A stretch of DNA of 64,000 bases, from IMG/VR virus record IMGVR_UViG_3300024331_000070, positions 3,615 to 67,614 of that record, one strand, 5' to 3'. The DNA comes from a virus (lineage: Duplodnaviria > Caudoviricetes). Both the position numbers and the translations under genes were made by a program. The notes beneath the pieces were generated by a model. That model saw only the letters and a program-made list of their open reading frames with translations, had not been told where the DNA came from and searched no databases. How positions within the stretch are numbered: the stretch's first letter is position 1; each line of letters opens with the position of its first letter. Positions 44,270 to 53,436 of this stretch are shown here, one piece after another.

Positions 44270-46117
44270 CTATTGCGGCAGCCCCGTTGCTCCTGGCGCT
44301 GCGCCGCCCATTCCAGACATGATTTGCAAAGCGTTCAAGGCGCCCCCGGTATCGATTTCGCTCGCCGTCTTCGCCGCTCCCGCCATGGCCGGCGCAGTAT
44401 GCGTCATCATCTGGGCCTGTGCCTGCTGCTGTTGGGCATCCTGCTGCGCCTTCATCCGCGCCTGCTTGATCTTCTGCACGTCCTGCTCACCGTTCATGCA
44501 GTCCACCGGGAACTGGGTGAGGTCGAGATACTTCCGCACCGTCTTGCCGATGTTGATCTCGTCCTCTGGGTGTTCCTGCGGAACGACCTTGGTCAGATTG
44601 GTAACCACCGTAAGGGACCGCTCCATCACCGCGGTCTGGGCGGCACGTTGAGCGACCCGGATCATGGAGTCGAACTCGATCTCCAAGGGAACGCCGAGGA
44701 GCGATTGCGGCTTGGGCGGCAGCAGGCCCCGGCGATTCATGATCGTGACGGCCCGGCGGATATCATCGGCCAATTCGTTCTCGACACCCTCGACGACTGG
44801 TCCGAGCACCTGGAGCTTCTCCCCGCGACGCTCGGCGATCTCCATCTCGTTGCGCGGCTGCACGCCTTCAAGATTCTCCATCATCTGGAACAGATCATTG
44901 AAGAACCACTTGTGAACTCTGCCCTCGATCTTCTCGATCAGGGCCGACATGTGCTCAATGTCGAGCCTGATGTCGTAGATCGATTTCATGCCCTTGGTCA
45001 CGTCTTCGACGTAGGTGACCTTGCCGGGGAGAATCGAGGACGGCTGATTCTTGAGCGTGACGCTCGCCAGCATCGGAGGACGCACCAACTTGTCGATCGC
45101 TTCCGCCTGGCGCACCGTCATGGTGTGGAGCTGGAGGATGTCCGGCAGCGCATCCATTCCCGGAGAGCGGCCATAGGCGTCGTTCGAGGTCGTGGCCCAG
45201 CGTGGAGAGATGAACGGCTTGGTGGTGAATCCCCGTACCGAGAGGGGCTTCGGAGTATTGCGCCCCCACAGCCAGTAATATTCGCGATAGGTGAAACCTC
45301 CGGGAATAACCCCGAGCTTCGGGTGCATTCCAGGCATCTCGGCCGGGAAGTTCGGCTCGATCGCGTGGGCGACAATGACCTCGGTTTCGAGCGAAGAGCC
45401 TTTGTTTTCCCACAGCCTCTGCACGTCAGGCCCGCAGTTCTCCAGGCCGAACATCTGCACGCACTGGATCACGGTCAGGACGAAGGTGCGGTAGAGGCTG
45501 TTGATCCTGAAATCCGAACCGGCGCCGAGGTAGTATTCGCCCGCACACGGATTGTAGCAGCGGATGACCGTCTCGCGGTCCTCGTACATGATCTTGGGCG
45601 CGGTGCCGAAGACGATCAGGTCCTCGAACATCTGTGTCGCGGACTGGTAATAGTTCGAGCCCGCGAACACCCGGTAGATGCGGTCCTCGACATCCTCGAA
45701 CCATAGTTGGGCGTCGCGGTCAGGCTTGAAGTTGCGCAGCCCTGATTTGATCTTGAACCAGGGCCGCGAGGACGACATCAGGCCGGATCGCATTCCGGCG
45801 GTGCAGACGCGGACGGCCTGAGAGGCGGTGGGGTCCTTGATCGCACCGTTGATCGCGAGCCCTCTCGACATCGTGTTGGGCACGATCAGCCAGTGATACC
45901 TGCGCGGTAGAATTGCTTCGGCGAGCTTTGCCCAATGCTCCCAAAATGATAGCCGCCAGTTTCTCAACCCGTACAGCCGCGCCTCTAATTGAAGGCGCAG
46001 ATCGTCCCAGCCGATGTTATCCGGCTGGTACCAGGAGGCCTGCGCCATCGCTGGTGCTTGGGCGAGGAGGGATGCGCTCGCATACTCATAGCGCGCGATG
46101 GCCCCAGTATCGAGCAT
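44270..46117 (-). CDS. Portal (head-tail connector, T7 gp8 / Bbp21-like)
   Basis: FGTAPKIM, YGRSPGMDALPDI, EMEIAERRGEKL.VLGPV. Confidence 0.92.
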   Translation of the reverse strand: MLDTGAIARYEYASASLLAQAPAMAQASWYQPDNIGWDDLRLQLEARLYGLRNWRLSFWEHWAKLAEAILPRRYHWLIVPNTMSRGLAINGAIKDPTASQAVRVCTAGMRSGLMSSSRPWFKIKSGLRNFKPDRDAQLWFEDVEDRIYRVFAGSNYYQSATQMFEDLIVFGTAPKIMYEDRETVIRCYNPCAGEYYLGAGSDFRINSLYRTFVLTVIQCVQMFGLENCGPDVQRLWENKGSSLETEVIVAHAIEPNFPAEMPGMHPKLGVIPGGFTYREYYWLWGRNTPKPLSVRGFTTKPFISPRWATTSNDAYGRSPGMDALPDILQLHTMTVRQAEAIDKLVRPPMLASVTLKNQPSSILPGKVTYVEDVTKGMKSIYDIRLDIEHMSALIEKIEGRVHKWFFNDLFQMMENLEGVQPRNEMEIAERRGEKLQVLGPVVEGVENELADDIRRAVTIMNRRGLLPPKPQSLLGVPLEIEFDSMIRVAQRAAQTAVMERSLTVVTNLTKVVPQEHPEDEINIGKTVRKYLDLTQFPVDCMNGEQDVQKIKQARMKAQQDAQQQQAQAQMMTHTAPAMAGAAKTASEIDTGGALNALQIMSGMGGAAPGATGLPQ

Positions 46118-46351
46118 TTACGACGACGTTCCGCCGAGCAACTGCGCTTTGCTGGTGCTGGCCGCGGGAGCCCCGCCGGGCCCGGTCAGGTCGGTGCCGT
46201 TGAGCCCCGCCCCTTGAGCGCTGGCCGCTCGGGCGCGAGCCTGAGCGCCGGCCTGCTGTACCGCCGCATTCGCCACCGTCGGCGGGTTGGCCGCAGGCGG
46301 TGGCGGAGGCGGCATCGGCACGTTGATCTTCGGAGGCAGCAGCATGCCCAT
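46118..46351 (-). CDS. Small Pro/Ala-rich virion protein upstream of portal
   Basis: PMPPPPPP...KAQLLGG; T7 gp6.7/7.3-like position. Confidence 0.7.
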   Translation of the reverse strand: MGMLLPPKINVPMPPPPPPAANPPTVANAAVQQAGAQARARAASAQGAGLNGTDLTGPGGAPAASTSKAQLLGGTSS

Positions 46352-46354
46352 CGG

Positions 46355-46630
46355 TCACAGCCTCAACGGATCATAATCGCTGGTGTAGTAGCTCGGCACG
46401 GCCTGCGTCATCTCGATCTCGGTCCAGATGCGCTCCGCCCACGTCATGGTTTCCAGCGTGCCCTTGACGTGCGCGTGGTATTCCCCGTCGGACCAGTGGA
46501 GCGGCTTGACCATGCGGGCGGAGAGGAAATCGTGTATTTCGGCGCGGTCGGCCGGATCGCGCGGCATGGCATTGCCTGGGGCGCGGTGGACCTCGTCGGG
46601 GCGATAGAGGAGGCGGAGGAGGTCGGACAT
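46355..46630 (-). CDS. Hypothetical protein
   Basis: 91-aa ORF between TerL and portal region. Confidence 0.6.
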   Translation of the reverse strand: MSDLLRLLYRPDEVHRAPGNAMPRDPADRAEIHDFLSARMVKPLHWSDGEYHAHVKGTLETMTWAERIWTEIEMTQAVPSYYTSDYDPLRL

Positions 46631-49153
46631 TTAATATTTCAAAGCGTCATAATCACTTTCATACTGCCCCTGCGTCCCGCGTCCGTATTTGTGGCCCTGC
46701 GGAGTCGGGGCGACGGGGTGCGCGAACGTCAGGCAGTTGAAGACAAGGATGTCGTTCGCGTAGTAAGCGTTATGCCGCTCAAGCGTCAGGTTATAGACGA
46801 CTCTCGGCGGCACGCTTTCTGTTGCCACATACACGGGAACAACACGCAGTCGCGCGATGGCGGTTCGCCATAAACTGCTTGCCACACCACGCACAAGCTC
46901 GCTGATCCGTGAAATAGGTCCGGAAGGCAACGGCCTGCATGCAGGCGCTAGAACAGAACCGACTACGGGATTGAAAGAATGTTTCGTATGCTTTTCCGCA
47001 GTGCGAACATTTGGCCTCGACTGGCTCTCGACCCTTCCAAGATCGCTTTCCATTAGCGCTGTGCCAATCGCGTCCGTCGGGAGAGGCGTGCCAAGCGCGA
47101 GCAGCATCTTGTGCCTGCGCAAGATATGAGATGTTGGCGGCTCGCGCTTCGGGATCAGATAGCCGCTCTCGCATATGCTCAGACTGATGGCTGCCCTCGG
47201 GCCGAAGCTCAAGATTGTCCGGCGCATTATTTCGCCAATTCCGGTCGACGTGATGAACCTCAAAGCCCTTTGGTATAGAGCCGAAATTGTCATCCCACAC
47301 GCGCCGATGAAGAAGGCGCTCGGCGTCACCCTTCCGTCCCGACTGATAATATCGACCGCTTGTTTGAATCCGATATTTCTGACAACGGTACAGCACATAC
47401 TCAGGGCGCGCCATGCTACCAATCTCCATCGCGAATATGGTTCAATCGCGATAGTTAGCGGTAACGCATCCAGACGGCAAACGCCATAGCCCCACACAAA
47501 TATCCTGTGTTCTCCCCTTCCGGTAAGGCTTTTTCCGTTGGAAAAGTCCGCGGTCGTCAATGACGTTGTTTCGCGCGCCCATTTGATTGCGACGCGCTCC
47601 GAACCGAATGGGGTTGTTACTTCGTCGCCGACCGACAAACTCTCGATTGGTCGCTTTCCGATCGGCGTTTGGATGAGCGTTCCGGCCACGAAACAAAGCG
47701 CGTCACCGTCGTCAGGGCTCGCCAGCCCTCGCTTGCGCATGTGCTCCTTCTTCTCCAGCACCACGCAGTCGCGGCCGTCCTTCTGAGCGTAGCCGTATTC
47801 GACGGCTGGAAGCTCCGCGGCCAGTTCCTTGTCGTCGTCGATCATGCCTCCGGTGAGCCAGTCCTTCATCCGGCCCCACATCTCGGCGCGCTTGTTGTAA
47901 TACCAGACCCCGGAGTTGGTCTGCTGCATGTCGCGGTCCGGGTTGGAGCCGAAGTCGATGCCCATGACCGGCAGCCTGAGGTAATTGCAGCGGTCGACCA
48001 CCCCGGCCCCAGGGCCACCGGCATCGATGAACACCGCGTCTGGCTGGTAGCGGTGATAGGCCTCCGCAACGCGGGCTGCGAGCTGCATCGTGTCCAGCCC
48101 GTGGAACTTCATGGGCTTGATGGATCGCGCGTCCCGCCCCCTGCGGAAACGGATCACCGACTTGTCGTTGCCGAACCGGGCGACATCGACGCCCATGACC
48201 AACGGATCGTAAAGGGTAACGTCGGCGTCCCGGCTCGAGTCCTGTGCGGCAGCTACTACGTCCGCTGAGATGAATTGCGTCGATCCTGACCGCGGGAACT
48301 GGGAGAGGACGCGGACGCGGACGAAATCCGAATCCATTCCATAGCTGTCGATCCACTCCTTGATCTGCGCCTTGTCCGACATCCGCGCGGTGCGGGTGTC
48401 GATGTGCCAGGATTTCCAGAGGTGGGCGTTCTTTCCCCCGGCGAACAGCGTACGGAAGTGCGTCGTGGTGCGGGTCGGGTTGCCGAGGCACAGCCAGATG
48501 ATGTCGGTGTCTTCGGCACCGGCCAGGATGCCCTCGGCCTCCTGAAAGATCGACGTGGCGATCGCGGCGCTCTCGTCAAACCCATAGATAATTCGCCGTC
48601 CGGCGTTGTGGAAGCCCGCGAAAGCTTCCGGCTGGTGCTCGTCCCAGGTAATCGCGTCGCAACGCCAGCTATCCTTGCGATGCGCCTCGATCGATCGAAA
48701 CCGCCGGTCCCCCGGCTCGAACCAGTGCGCCCACAGCGACATCCGCAGCCACTTGGAAATCTCCGGCCACGTCGATGTGGTGAGCTGCGGCCCCGTATTG
48801 GCGGTGATCCTGCACCGGGTATCGACGCACGTCGTCATGCCCCAGTTGATAATCCAGGCCATGAGAGCGGATTTGCCTGGTCCGACACCGCCGGCTACGG
48901 CGATGCGGATAGGTTGGCGCTTGCCTAAGTTGTCCCGGATGTAGGCCAGCACCTCGGCCTGCCAATCGTCCGGGCCTTGGTACTTTTCGAGCAGCGACCA
49001 GGGCTCGCCCCAGGGATAGGCGACCTTGACATAGCGCAGGGGATCCCGCGCGCAGGAAGCCGCGAGCTCGATCAGCCGGAATTCGTCGTCCTCAGCCGAG
49101 GGCGCGCTTGATGGCGGCGTCGAGGCGGCTGCCGATGTCGACTTTGACTTCAT
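46631..49153 (-). CDS. terL: Terminase large subunit, intein-containing
   Basis: Walker A GGVGPGKS, Walker B IIYGFDES, LGNPTR, MGVDVARFGND, SPDDGDAL then CLTFA after the intein. Confidence 0.95.
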   Translation of the reverse strand: MKSKSTSAAASTPPSSAPSAEDDEFRLIELAASCARDPLRYVKVAYPWGEPWSLLEKYQGPDDWQAEVLAYIRDNLGKRQPIRIAVAGGVGPGKSALMAWIINWGMTTCVDTRCRITANTGPQLTTSTWPEISKWLRMSLWAHWFEPGDRRFRSIEAHRKDSWRCDAITWDEHQPEAFAGFHNAGRRIIYGFDESAAIATSIFQEAEGILAGAEDTDIIWLCLGNPTRTTTHFRTLFAGGKNAHLWKSWHIDTRTARMSDKAQIKEWIDSYGMDSDFVRVRVLSQFPRSGSTQFISADVVAAAQDSSRDADVTLYDPLVMGVDVARFGNDKSVIRFRRGRDARSIKPMKFHGLDTMQLAARVAEAYHRYQPDAVFIDAGGPGAGVVDRCNYLRLPVMGIDFGSNPDRDMQQTNSGVWYYNKRAEMWGRMKDWLTGGMIDDDKELAAELPAVEYGYAQKDGRDCVVLEKKEHMRKRGLASPDDGDALCFVAGTLIQTPIGKRPIESLSVGDEVTTPFGSERVAIKWARETTSLTTADFSNGKSLTGRGEHRIFVWGYGVCRLDALPLTIAIEPYSRWRLVAWRALSMCCTVVRNIGFKQAVDIISRDGRVTPSAFFIGACGMTISALYQRALRFITSTGIGEIMRRTILSFGPRAAISLSICESGYLIPKREPPTSHILRRHKMLLALGTPLPTDAIGTALMESDLGRVESQSRPNVRTAEKHTKHSFNPVVGSVLAPACRPLPSGPISRISELVRGVASSLWRTAIARLRVVPVYVATESVPPRVVYNLTLERHNAYYANDILVFNCLTFAHPVAPTPQGHKYGRGTQGQYESDYDALKY
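46736..47695 (-). mobile_element. Intein (320 aa, TerL residues 487-806)
   Basis: Block A CFVAGTLIQTPIGKRPIESLSVGDEV, block B TGRGEHRIF, blocks F/G VYNLTLERHNAYYANDILVFN followed by Cys. Confidence 0.92.
46791..47414 (-). CDS. HNH homing endonuclease overprinted in an alternative frame inside the intein
   Basis: LLHRRVWDDNFGSIPKGFEVHHVDRNWRNNAPDNLEL plus CxxC zinc fingers; GGAG upstream of ATG 47414. Confidence 0.85.
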   Translation of the reverse strand: MARPEYVLYRCQKYRIQTSGRYYQSGRKGDAERLLHRRVWDDNFGSIPKGFEVHHVDRNWRNNAPDNLELRPEGSHQSEHMRERLSDPEARAANISYLAQAQDAARAWHASPDGRDWHSANGKRSWKGREPVEAKCSHCGKAYETFFQSRSRFCSSACMQAVAFRTYFTDQRACAWCGKQFMANRHRATACCSRVCGNRKRAAESRL

Positions 49154-49613
49154 GTTTGTCGGTGAAGAGCCCGTGGTGGCGGCCGAGGTCGACCAGGGCG
49201 GCCCGCTTGTCGTAGAGCTTGAGCTTCACCCGCTTGACTTCGCGGGCTTCCTCGCCGCCGCCATCCATGTACGTGTCATAGGTGACCTCGTGGATCGCCG
49301 CACCGTGCTCGCGCGTAAGCTGAGAGATATCAAGTAGTTGACCGTGCGCGCCGACATAATCCAGCATGTTGCTGCGCGCCAGCAGGGTGAGGCCCTGGAG
49401 GGTCTCGCGGCGGTCCATCACTGTGGCGTCTGCGGCGGCTTCTTTCAATTCGGCGATGCGGGCGGCAATCTTAGGATTTCTCAGTAATTGGCTGGCGCTC
49501 TGGTCGGCGCCGCGCTTGCTGTAGCCAGCAGCTGCGTAGGCGGCGCCGGCCGCTTCGCCCTTGACGATCCCGAGGCAGAACGCCTCGTGCCGTGAGTTCT
49601 TCAGCTGCGGCAT
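49092..49613 (-). CDS. terS: Terminase small subunit
   Basis: LKNSRHEAFC...AYAAAGYS...ASQLLRNPKIAARIAEL; KLKLYDKRAAL.DLGRHHGLF. Confidence 0.9.
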   Translation of the reverse strand: MPQLKNSRHEAFCLGIVKGEAAGAAYAAAGYSKRGADQSASQLLRNPKIAARIAELKEAAADATVMDRRETLQGLTLLARSNMLDYVGAHGQLLDISQLTREHGAAIHEVTYDTYMDGGGEEAREVKRVKLKLYDKRAALVDLGRHHGLFTDKHEVKVDIGSRLDAAIKRALG

Positions 49614-49988
49614 TTACAGCGCTTGCAGGTGTTTCGGCTGGGTGGTGGGAGAATAGGGCGTCGGCGGCCGTCGCAACGCGCGGACCTGATTGGCGTCCTG
49701 GGGTGGCGGCGGCTCGGCGGCGCCGGCGGCCTCTGCATCGGCGAGCTTTTCACCGACAATGGCGTCGAGGGCGGATTCTTCCACGGGGGGTGGGGCGCGC
49801 TCGACCTGCCGCCAGTCCGGCAATTCCGCCTCCGGGAGTTGCGCGCCCTTGCTCATGAGCACGAGCCGCATCCGTATCCAGGTGGCAGCGTCGAGCCCGA
49901 GTTCTTCGGCCTGCGCGTCCACCCACGCCTTGACGACCGCAGGAAGTTCGACCGGGACCGGAATGGATTTGCGGGCTTTGCGGGGCAT
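49614..49988 (-). CDS. Putative ribbon-helix-helix DNA-binding protein
   Basis: VPVELPAVVKAWVDAQAEELGLDAATWIRM. Confidence 0.55.
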   Translation of the reverse strand: MPRKARKSIPVPVELPAVVKAWVDAQAEELGLDAATWIRMRLVLMSKGAQLPEAELPDWRQVERAPPPVEESALDAIVGEKLADAEAAGAAEPPPPQDANQVRALRRPPTPYSPTTQPKHLQAL

Positions 49989-50102
49989 TATATGTCGATG
50001 AATCCACCACCCTCGGCGCCGTGCAGAACGCGCTCAAGGATATAGGCTGCGAGCTGATCGGGATGCTGTCGACGGGCGCGGGCCGCGCGGTCGAGAAGCG
50101 CA

Positions 50103-50780
50103 TTAGTGCATACCAATGCGCGGAATGTCGGCAATCGGATGCGGAATGTCGGCAATCGGATTTTGCTGCCGAGCCGGATTCACCAAGTTGTCAATCAACT
50201 CAGCGGATTGCAAGTTGATATCGACGGTCGCAACTCTCCGTATGGGTTGTCGTTCCTGAAAGGCCAAATTAAACGGCGCCAGTGTATCTAACTTCCGAAA
50301 GTCCATTGGATTGCAAATCAGTTGGAAGTCATAATTCTGAAAATTGTGTGGCAATAGATTATACGCAAGGGCTGACGGCATAATAACCGTGCTCTGAATA
50401 GACGAAAAATCAATTTGGTCATAGGGTACCGGCCGCGATGCCTCGTCAGACATATCGTTAGTTAGCTTCATAAACGTCGAGAAGTCGACGAAACGAACTA
50501 TGACCGCCACGTCGAGCTTAGAGGCTACATCAAAGAGCGTCTGTAGGGTCCACTTGCCATATTTTGGATCTTCGAGACGCGACACAACGGTTTGTGCTTT
50601 ATCAATTATTTCTCCAAATTCGGCTTGCGACTTCTCACCGCGGAACTTTCTCATTTGCCGCGCCAAAAAGCGACGCGTGTGCGAAACGACATAGGAGTCC
50701 CGATAAGATTTGTCTCTGAATTTTTCGATAAGACTCTTCTCCCTAGGGGAAGCTGCAGGGTTTTGCTTTGCGTCCATCAC
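50103..50780 (-). CDS. XRE-family HTH protein, HigA-like antitoxin type
   Basis: SQAEFGE...QTVVSRLEDPKYGKWTLQTLFDVASKLDVAVIVRF; AT-rich. Confidence 0.75.
   Translation of the reverse strand: MMDAKQNPAASPREKSLIEKFRDKSYRDSYVVSHTRRFLARQMRKFRGEKSQAEFGEIIDKAQTVVSRLEDPKYGKWTLQTLFDVASKLDVAVIVRFVDFSTFMKLTNDMSDEASRPVPYDQIDFSSIQSTVIMPSALAYNLLPHNFQNYDFQLICNPMDFRKLDTLAPFNLAFQERQPIRRVATVDINLQSAELIDNLVNPARQQNPIADIPHPIADIPRIGMH
50120..50161. repeat. 21-bp tandem duplication
   Basis: GCGGAATGTCGGCAATCGGAT twice; encodes PIADIPH/PIADIPR. Confidence 0.9.
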
Positions 50781-50874
50781 GTATCACTCCACACTTTCGT
50801 TCACGGGCCGACCTGCAGTAGTGGCCGTAAATGGCATCATCGTTTTCCTTTTCGAACCCTGTAAGTAGCGTGAA
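50743..50874 (-). pseudogene. Possible C-terminal remnant of a RelE/HigB-like toxin
   Basis: FTLLTGFEKEND...RSARERKCGVIRDGRKAKPCSFP* overlapping the HTH start; in-frame TAA immediately upstream. Confidence 0.35.
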
Positions 50875-50926
50875 TTAGCGCGGTCGAATCAGAAGCGCGA
50901 ATCAACCGCCCTGTGGATCGGTGTGA

Positions 50927-50954
50927 ATATACATTTCTGTATGAAAATGTATAT
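50927..50954. promoter_or_regulatory. Inverted-repeat operator
   Basis: ATATACATTT-N8-AAATGTATAT ending 6 nt before ATG 50961. Confidence 0.55.
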
Positions 50955-50960
50955 AGGGCT

Positions 50961-51212
50961 ATGACCAAGCGCGGCACCGGATCACGCCTTGTTCAGCTTG
51001 GCCTGAACAAGGAACTTGCTGAGCGATTCACGGACTTCCGAGAAGGCTATCTTGGCGCCCCCGAGAACCGCGTGCTGGCAGAGGCCATCGAGCATTACAT
51101 GGCAGATCGGCTGGCGGCCGAACCGGAAGTCAAAAGACGTTACGAAGAGGCCCGGGAGAAGCGTCGCGGCACTAAAGGGTCAATTGTGAAGCTGGTCCCC
51201 AATGGCAAGTGA
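50961..51212 (+). CDS. Small DNA-binding (RHH-like) protein
   Basis: LVQLGLNKELAERF...NRVLAEAIEHYM. Confidence 0.6.
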   Translation: MTKRGTGSRLVQLGLNKELAERFTDFREGYLGAPENRVLAEAIEHYMADRLAAEPEVKRRYEEAREKRRGTKGSIVKLVPNGK

Positions 51213-51576
51213 TTGATGCATTGTCCTAATTCATCGACCCAAGTGTCCTAATTGGGACAGCACCCGACAATGCGAGGACATGTCGGATGTCGTGTCGGAT
51301 GTCGTGGAAACTTGGGATGGCGGCTCTTGGGACGTTGTTGTCCGCCGATCCTGTCCGGCTCTTTCCGAGAACCCTCCCCTTACACCGGAGCCGGGGCGTC
51401 CTGGGGGTCCAATCGGGCGGGCCGTGCGGCTCTCGCTGTGCAGCGATGAATTTGTGAAAGCTTGCGCAGCCGCCCCGACTTTTGGCGGCCCAGCCGTCCT
51501 CGGCCAATGAAGGCCGCGCCGACGGCGGCGGCGTCTTGCCATCCTGATGGTATGTCACAATTCTCCGCTGTTGCCG

Positions 51577-52083
51577 TTATGCATCAACCTTTTCTAATTT
51601 GTCAATTGGGACAGATGTCTCAACCACGCGGTTGAATAGCTGGATGTACAGCCGCGGGCGCTGTTTGGGCGACGCGCATCGGATTTTCCCGATGAGATCG
51701 GCGAAAGGGCCATCTGTAATTCGGACTGCCGTGCCCTCGGGAAAGCCGAAATCCTTGGTCTCATCGAATAGCCGCCCCCGCCATTCCATCCAAAGCCGCT
51801 TGATCGTCTCATCGGGGATGAATACCATTCTACCATTGTTGCGGACGAACCCGGAAATGCCATCGATCTCGGAAATGTCGCTCAGATGGTCGGGCAGTAT
51901 TCTGGCGAACGTATAGCCTACGAACAGGGGGTCGAACCGCATGTGCCGCCCGTGCCGGAAGTTGGCCCAATAGACACGCTGGGGCAGGAAGACGGATTCA
52001 GGCCCAAGGATATCCTGCAGCCCGAGGCAGACGCGCCCCTGCCCTGTGTGGGACGATTGGACGGCGATCCATCGTTGCATCAT
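51577..52083 (-). CDS. NusG-family (NGN+KOW) transcription factor, likely late antiterminator
   Basis: PLFVGYTF; GTAVRITDGPFADLIG; LFNRVVET; last gene before the late operon. Confidence 0.88.
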   Translation of the reverse strand: MMQRWIAVQSSHTGQGRVCLGLQDILGPESVFLPQRVYWANFRHGRHMRFDPLFVGYTFARILPDHLSDISEIDGISGFVRNNGRMVFIPDETIKRLWMEWRGRLFDETKDFGFPEGTAVRITDGPFADLIGKIRCASPKQRPRLYIQLFNRVVETSVPIDKLEKVDA

Positions 52084-52147
52084 CGTGGCTCCCTATCATT
52101 TGTGCGAAAGATCAATGGCTTGTTCTGAGCTGTCATTTCGCGGACGC

Positions 52148-52363
52148 TCATTTCACCACCACCGCATCGCATGGCCGCCAGCACCGCGTCGCCTTGCTCA
52201 CGCCGAGCTGCGCCGTCTCGATCTTGAACCCATGCGCCCCACACCTGACGCAGCGGCACCAGTGCCAGAGGTCTCCGCCCATGGTGCGTTCCTTGCGCTC
52301 GGTCGGGTCCCAGGCGTGCTGGGGAGGGCTGGCAAAGCAGAGGGCGCGGTCGTCGGTGGTCAT
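52148..52363 (-). CDS. Small Cys-rich hypothetical protein
   Basis: CRCVRCG. Confidence 0.45.
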   Translation of the reverse strand: MTTDDRALCFASPPQHAWDPTERKERTMGGDLWHWCRCVRCGAHGFKIETAQLGVSKATRCWRPCDAVVVK

Positions 52364-53436
52364 TCGGCGGCCACGAATAGAGGGGCATCCCCGACGATGC
52401 GGTTGCGCGCCATGTCGGCATAGGCCGGATTAAGCTCGATCCCGATGCAGTCGCGCTGGAGGCGATCGGCGACGAGGCCGGTGGTGCCGGCACCGAAGAA
52501 GGGGTCGAGCACCGTGCCGCCCTTCGGACATCCAGCGAGGATGCAGGGCTCTATCAGGGCTGGCGGGAAAGTGGCGAAGTGGGCTTCAGAGAAGGGTTGG
52601 GTGGAGACTTCCCAGACGGAACGCTTGTTGCGCTTGGTCGGCATGATTGCCAAGGCGGCGTCCATACTGTCGTTGTTCTTGATGCCGCTGCCGGCCGGCG
52701 CGCGCTTTCGCCCCGTGTCCGGCCTTACCGCGAGGTCGCGCGGGCCATCGAAACTGGATCCTTTCCAACTATCGCGCCCGACCGCCTTCATGTTGCCGTT
52801 GGTCTTGCCGCCAGCATGCGCGCGTTCGCTGCCGATCTGGTCGGCCACGTTCTGCGCCAGTCGCGCATGAGTATTTGGGCTCGCCGGCTCAAGGATGGCA
52901 TCTTGATCGAAGTAGTATCGCGCGCTCTTGCTCAGCAGGAAAAGGTACTCATGCGCCTTCGTGCATCGATCCGTGACGCTCTCCGGCATCGGGTTGGGCT
53001 TCGACCAGATGATGTCCTGACGGAGCCACCAGCCATCGGCCTGGAGGGCGAAGGCGACGCGCCAGTGGATGCCACAGAGGTCTTTGGGTTTGAGGCCGGT
53101 CCGGCGCTTCTCGCGCCCGATGCGCGTCTCTCCGCCATGCAGATAGTCGCAGTGCTTGACGCCCGTCGCCCCGCCCCATTTGCCGTCGTTGGCGTATGAG
53201 TCGCCGAGGTTCACCCAGGCGGTTCCATCCGAGCGCAGTACGCGGCGGACTTCGCGAAACACCACAACCAGCTTATCGATGTAAGCGTGAAAATCTTCCT
53301 CAAGCCCGATTTGCCCTTCGACACCATAATCCCGCAAACCAAAGTAAGGCGGCGAGGTCACACAGCAATGCACGCTCTCTGCCGGCAGAGTTGCCAGTAC
53401 GTCGCGGCAATCGCCATTGAGGATGCGGACGGTCAC
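52360..53436 (-). CDS. Beta-class N4-cytosine/N6-adenine DNA methyltransferase
   Basis: TSPPY catalytic motif; VLDPFFGAGTT SAM-binding motif; HFATFP. Confidence 0.93.
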   Translation of the reverse strand: MTVRILNGDCRDVLATLPAESVHCCVTSPPYFGLRDYGVEGQIGLEEDFHAYIDKLVVVFREVRRVLRSDGTAWVNLGDSYANDGKWGGATGVKHCDYLHGGETRIGREKRRTGLKPKDLCGIHWRVAFALQADGWWLRQDIIWSKPNPMPESVTDRCTKAHEYLFLLSKSARYYFDQDAILEPASPNTHARLAQNVADQIGSERAHAGGKTNGNMKAVGRDSWKGSSFDGPRDLAVRPDTGRKRAPAGSGIKNNDSMDAALAIMPTKRNKRSVWEVSTQPFSEAHFATFPPALIEPCILAGCPKGGTVLDPFFGAGTTGLVADRLQRDCIGIELNPAYADMARNRIVGDAPLFVAAE

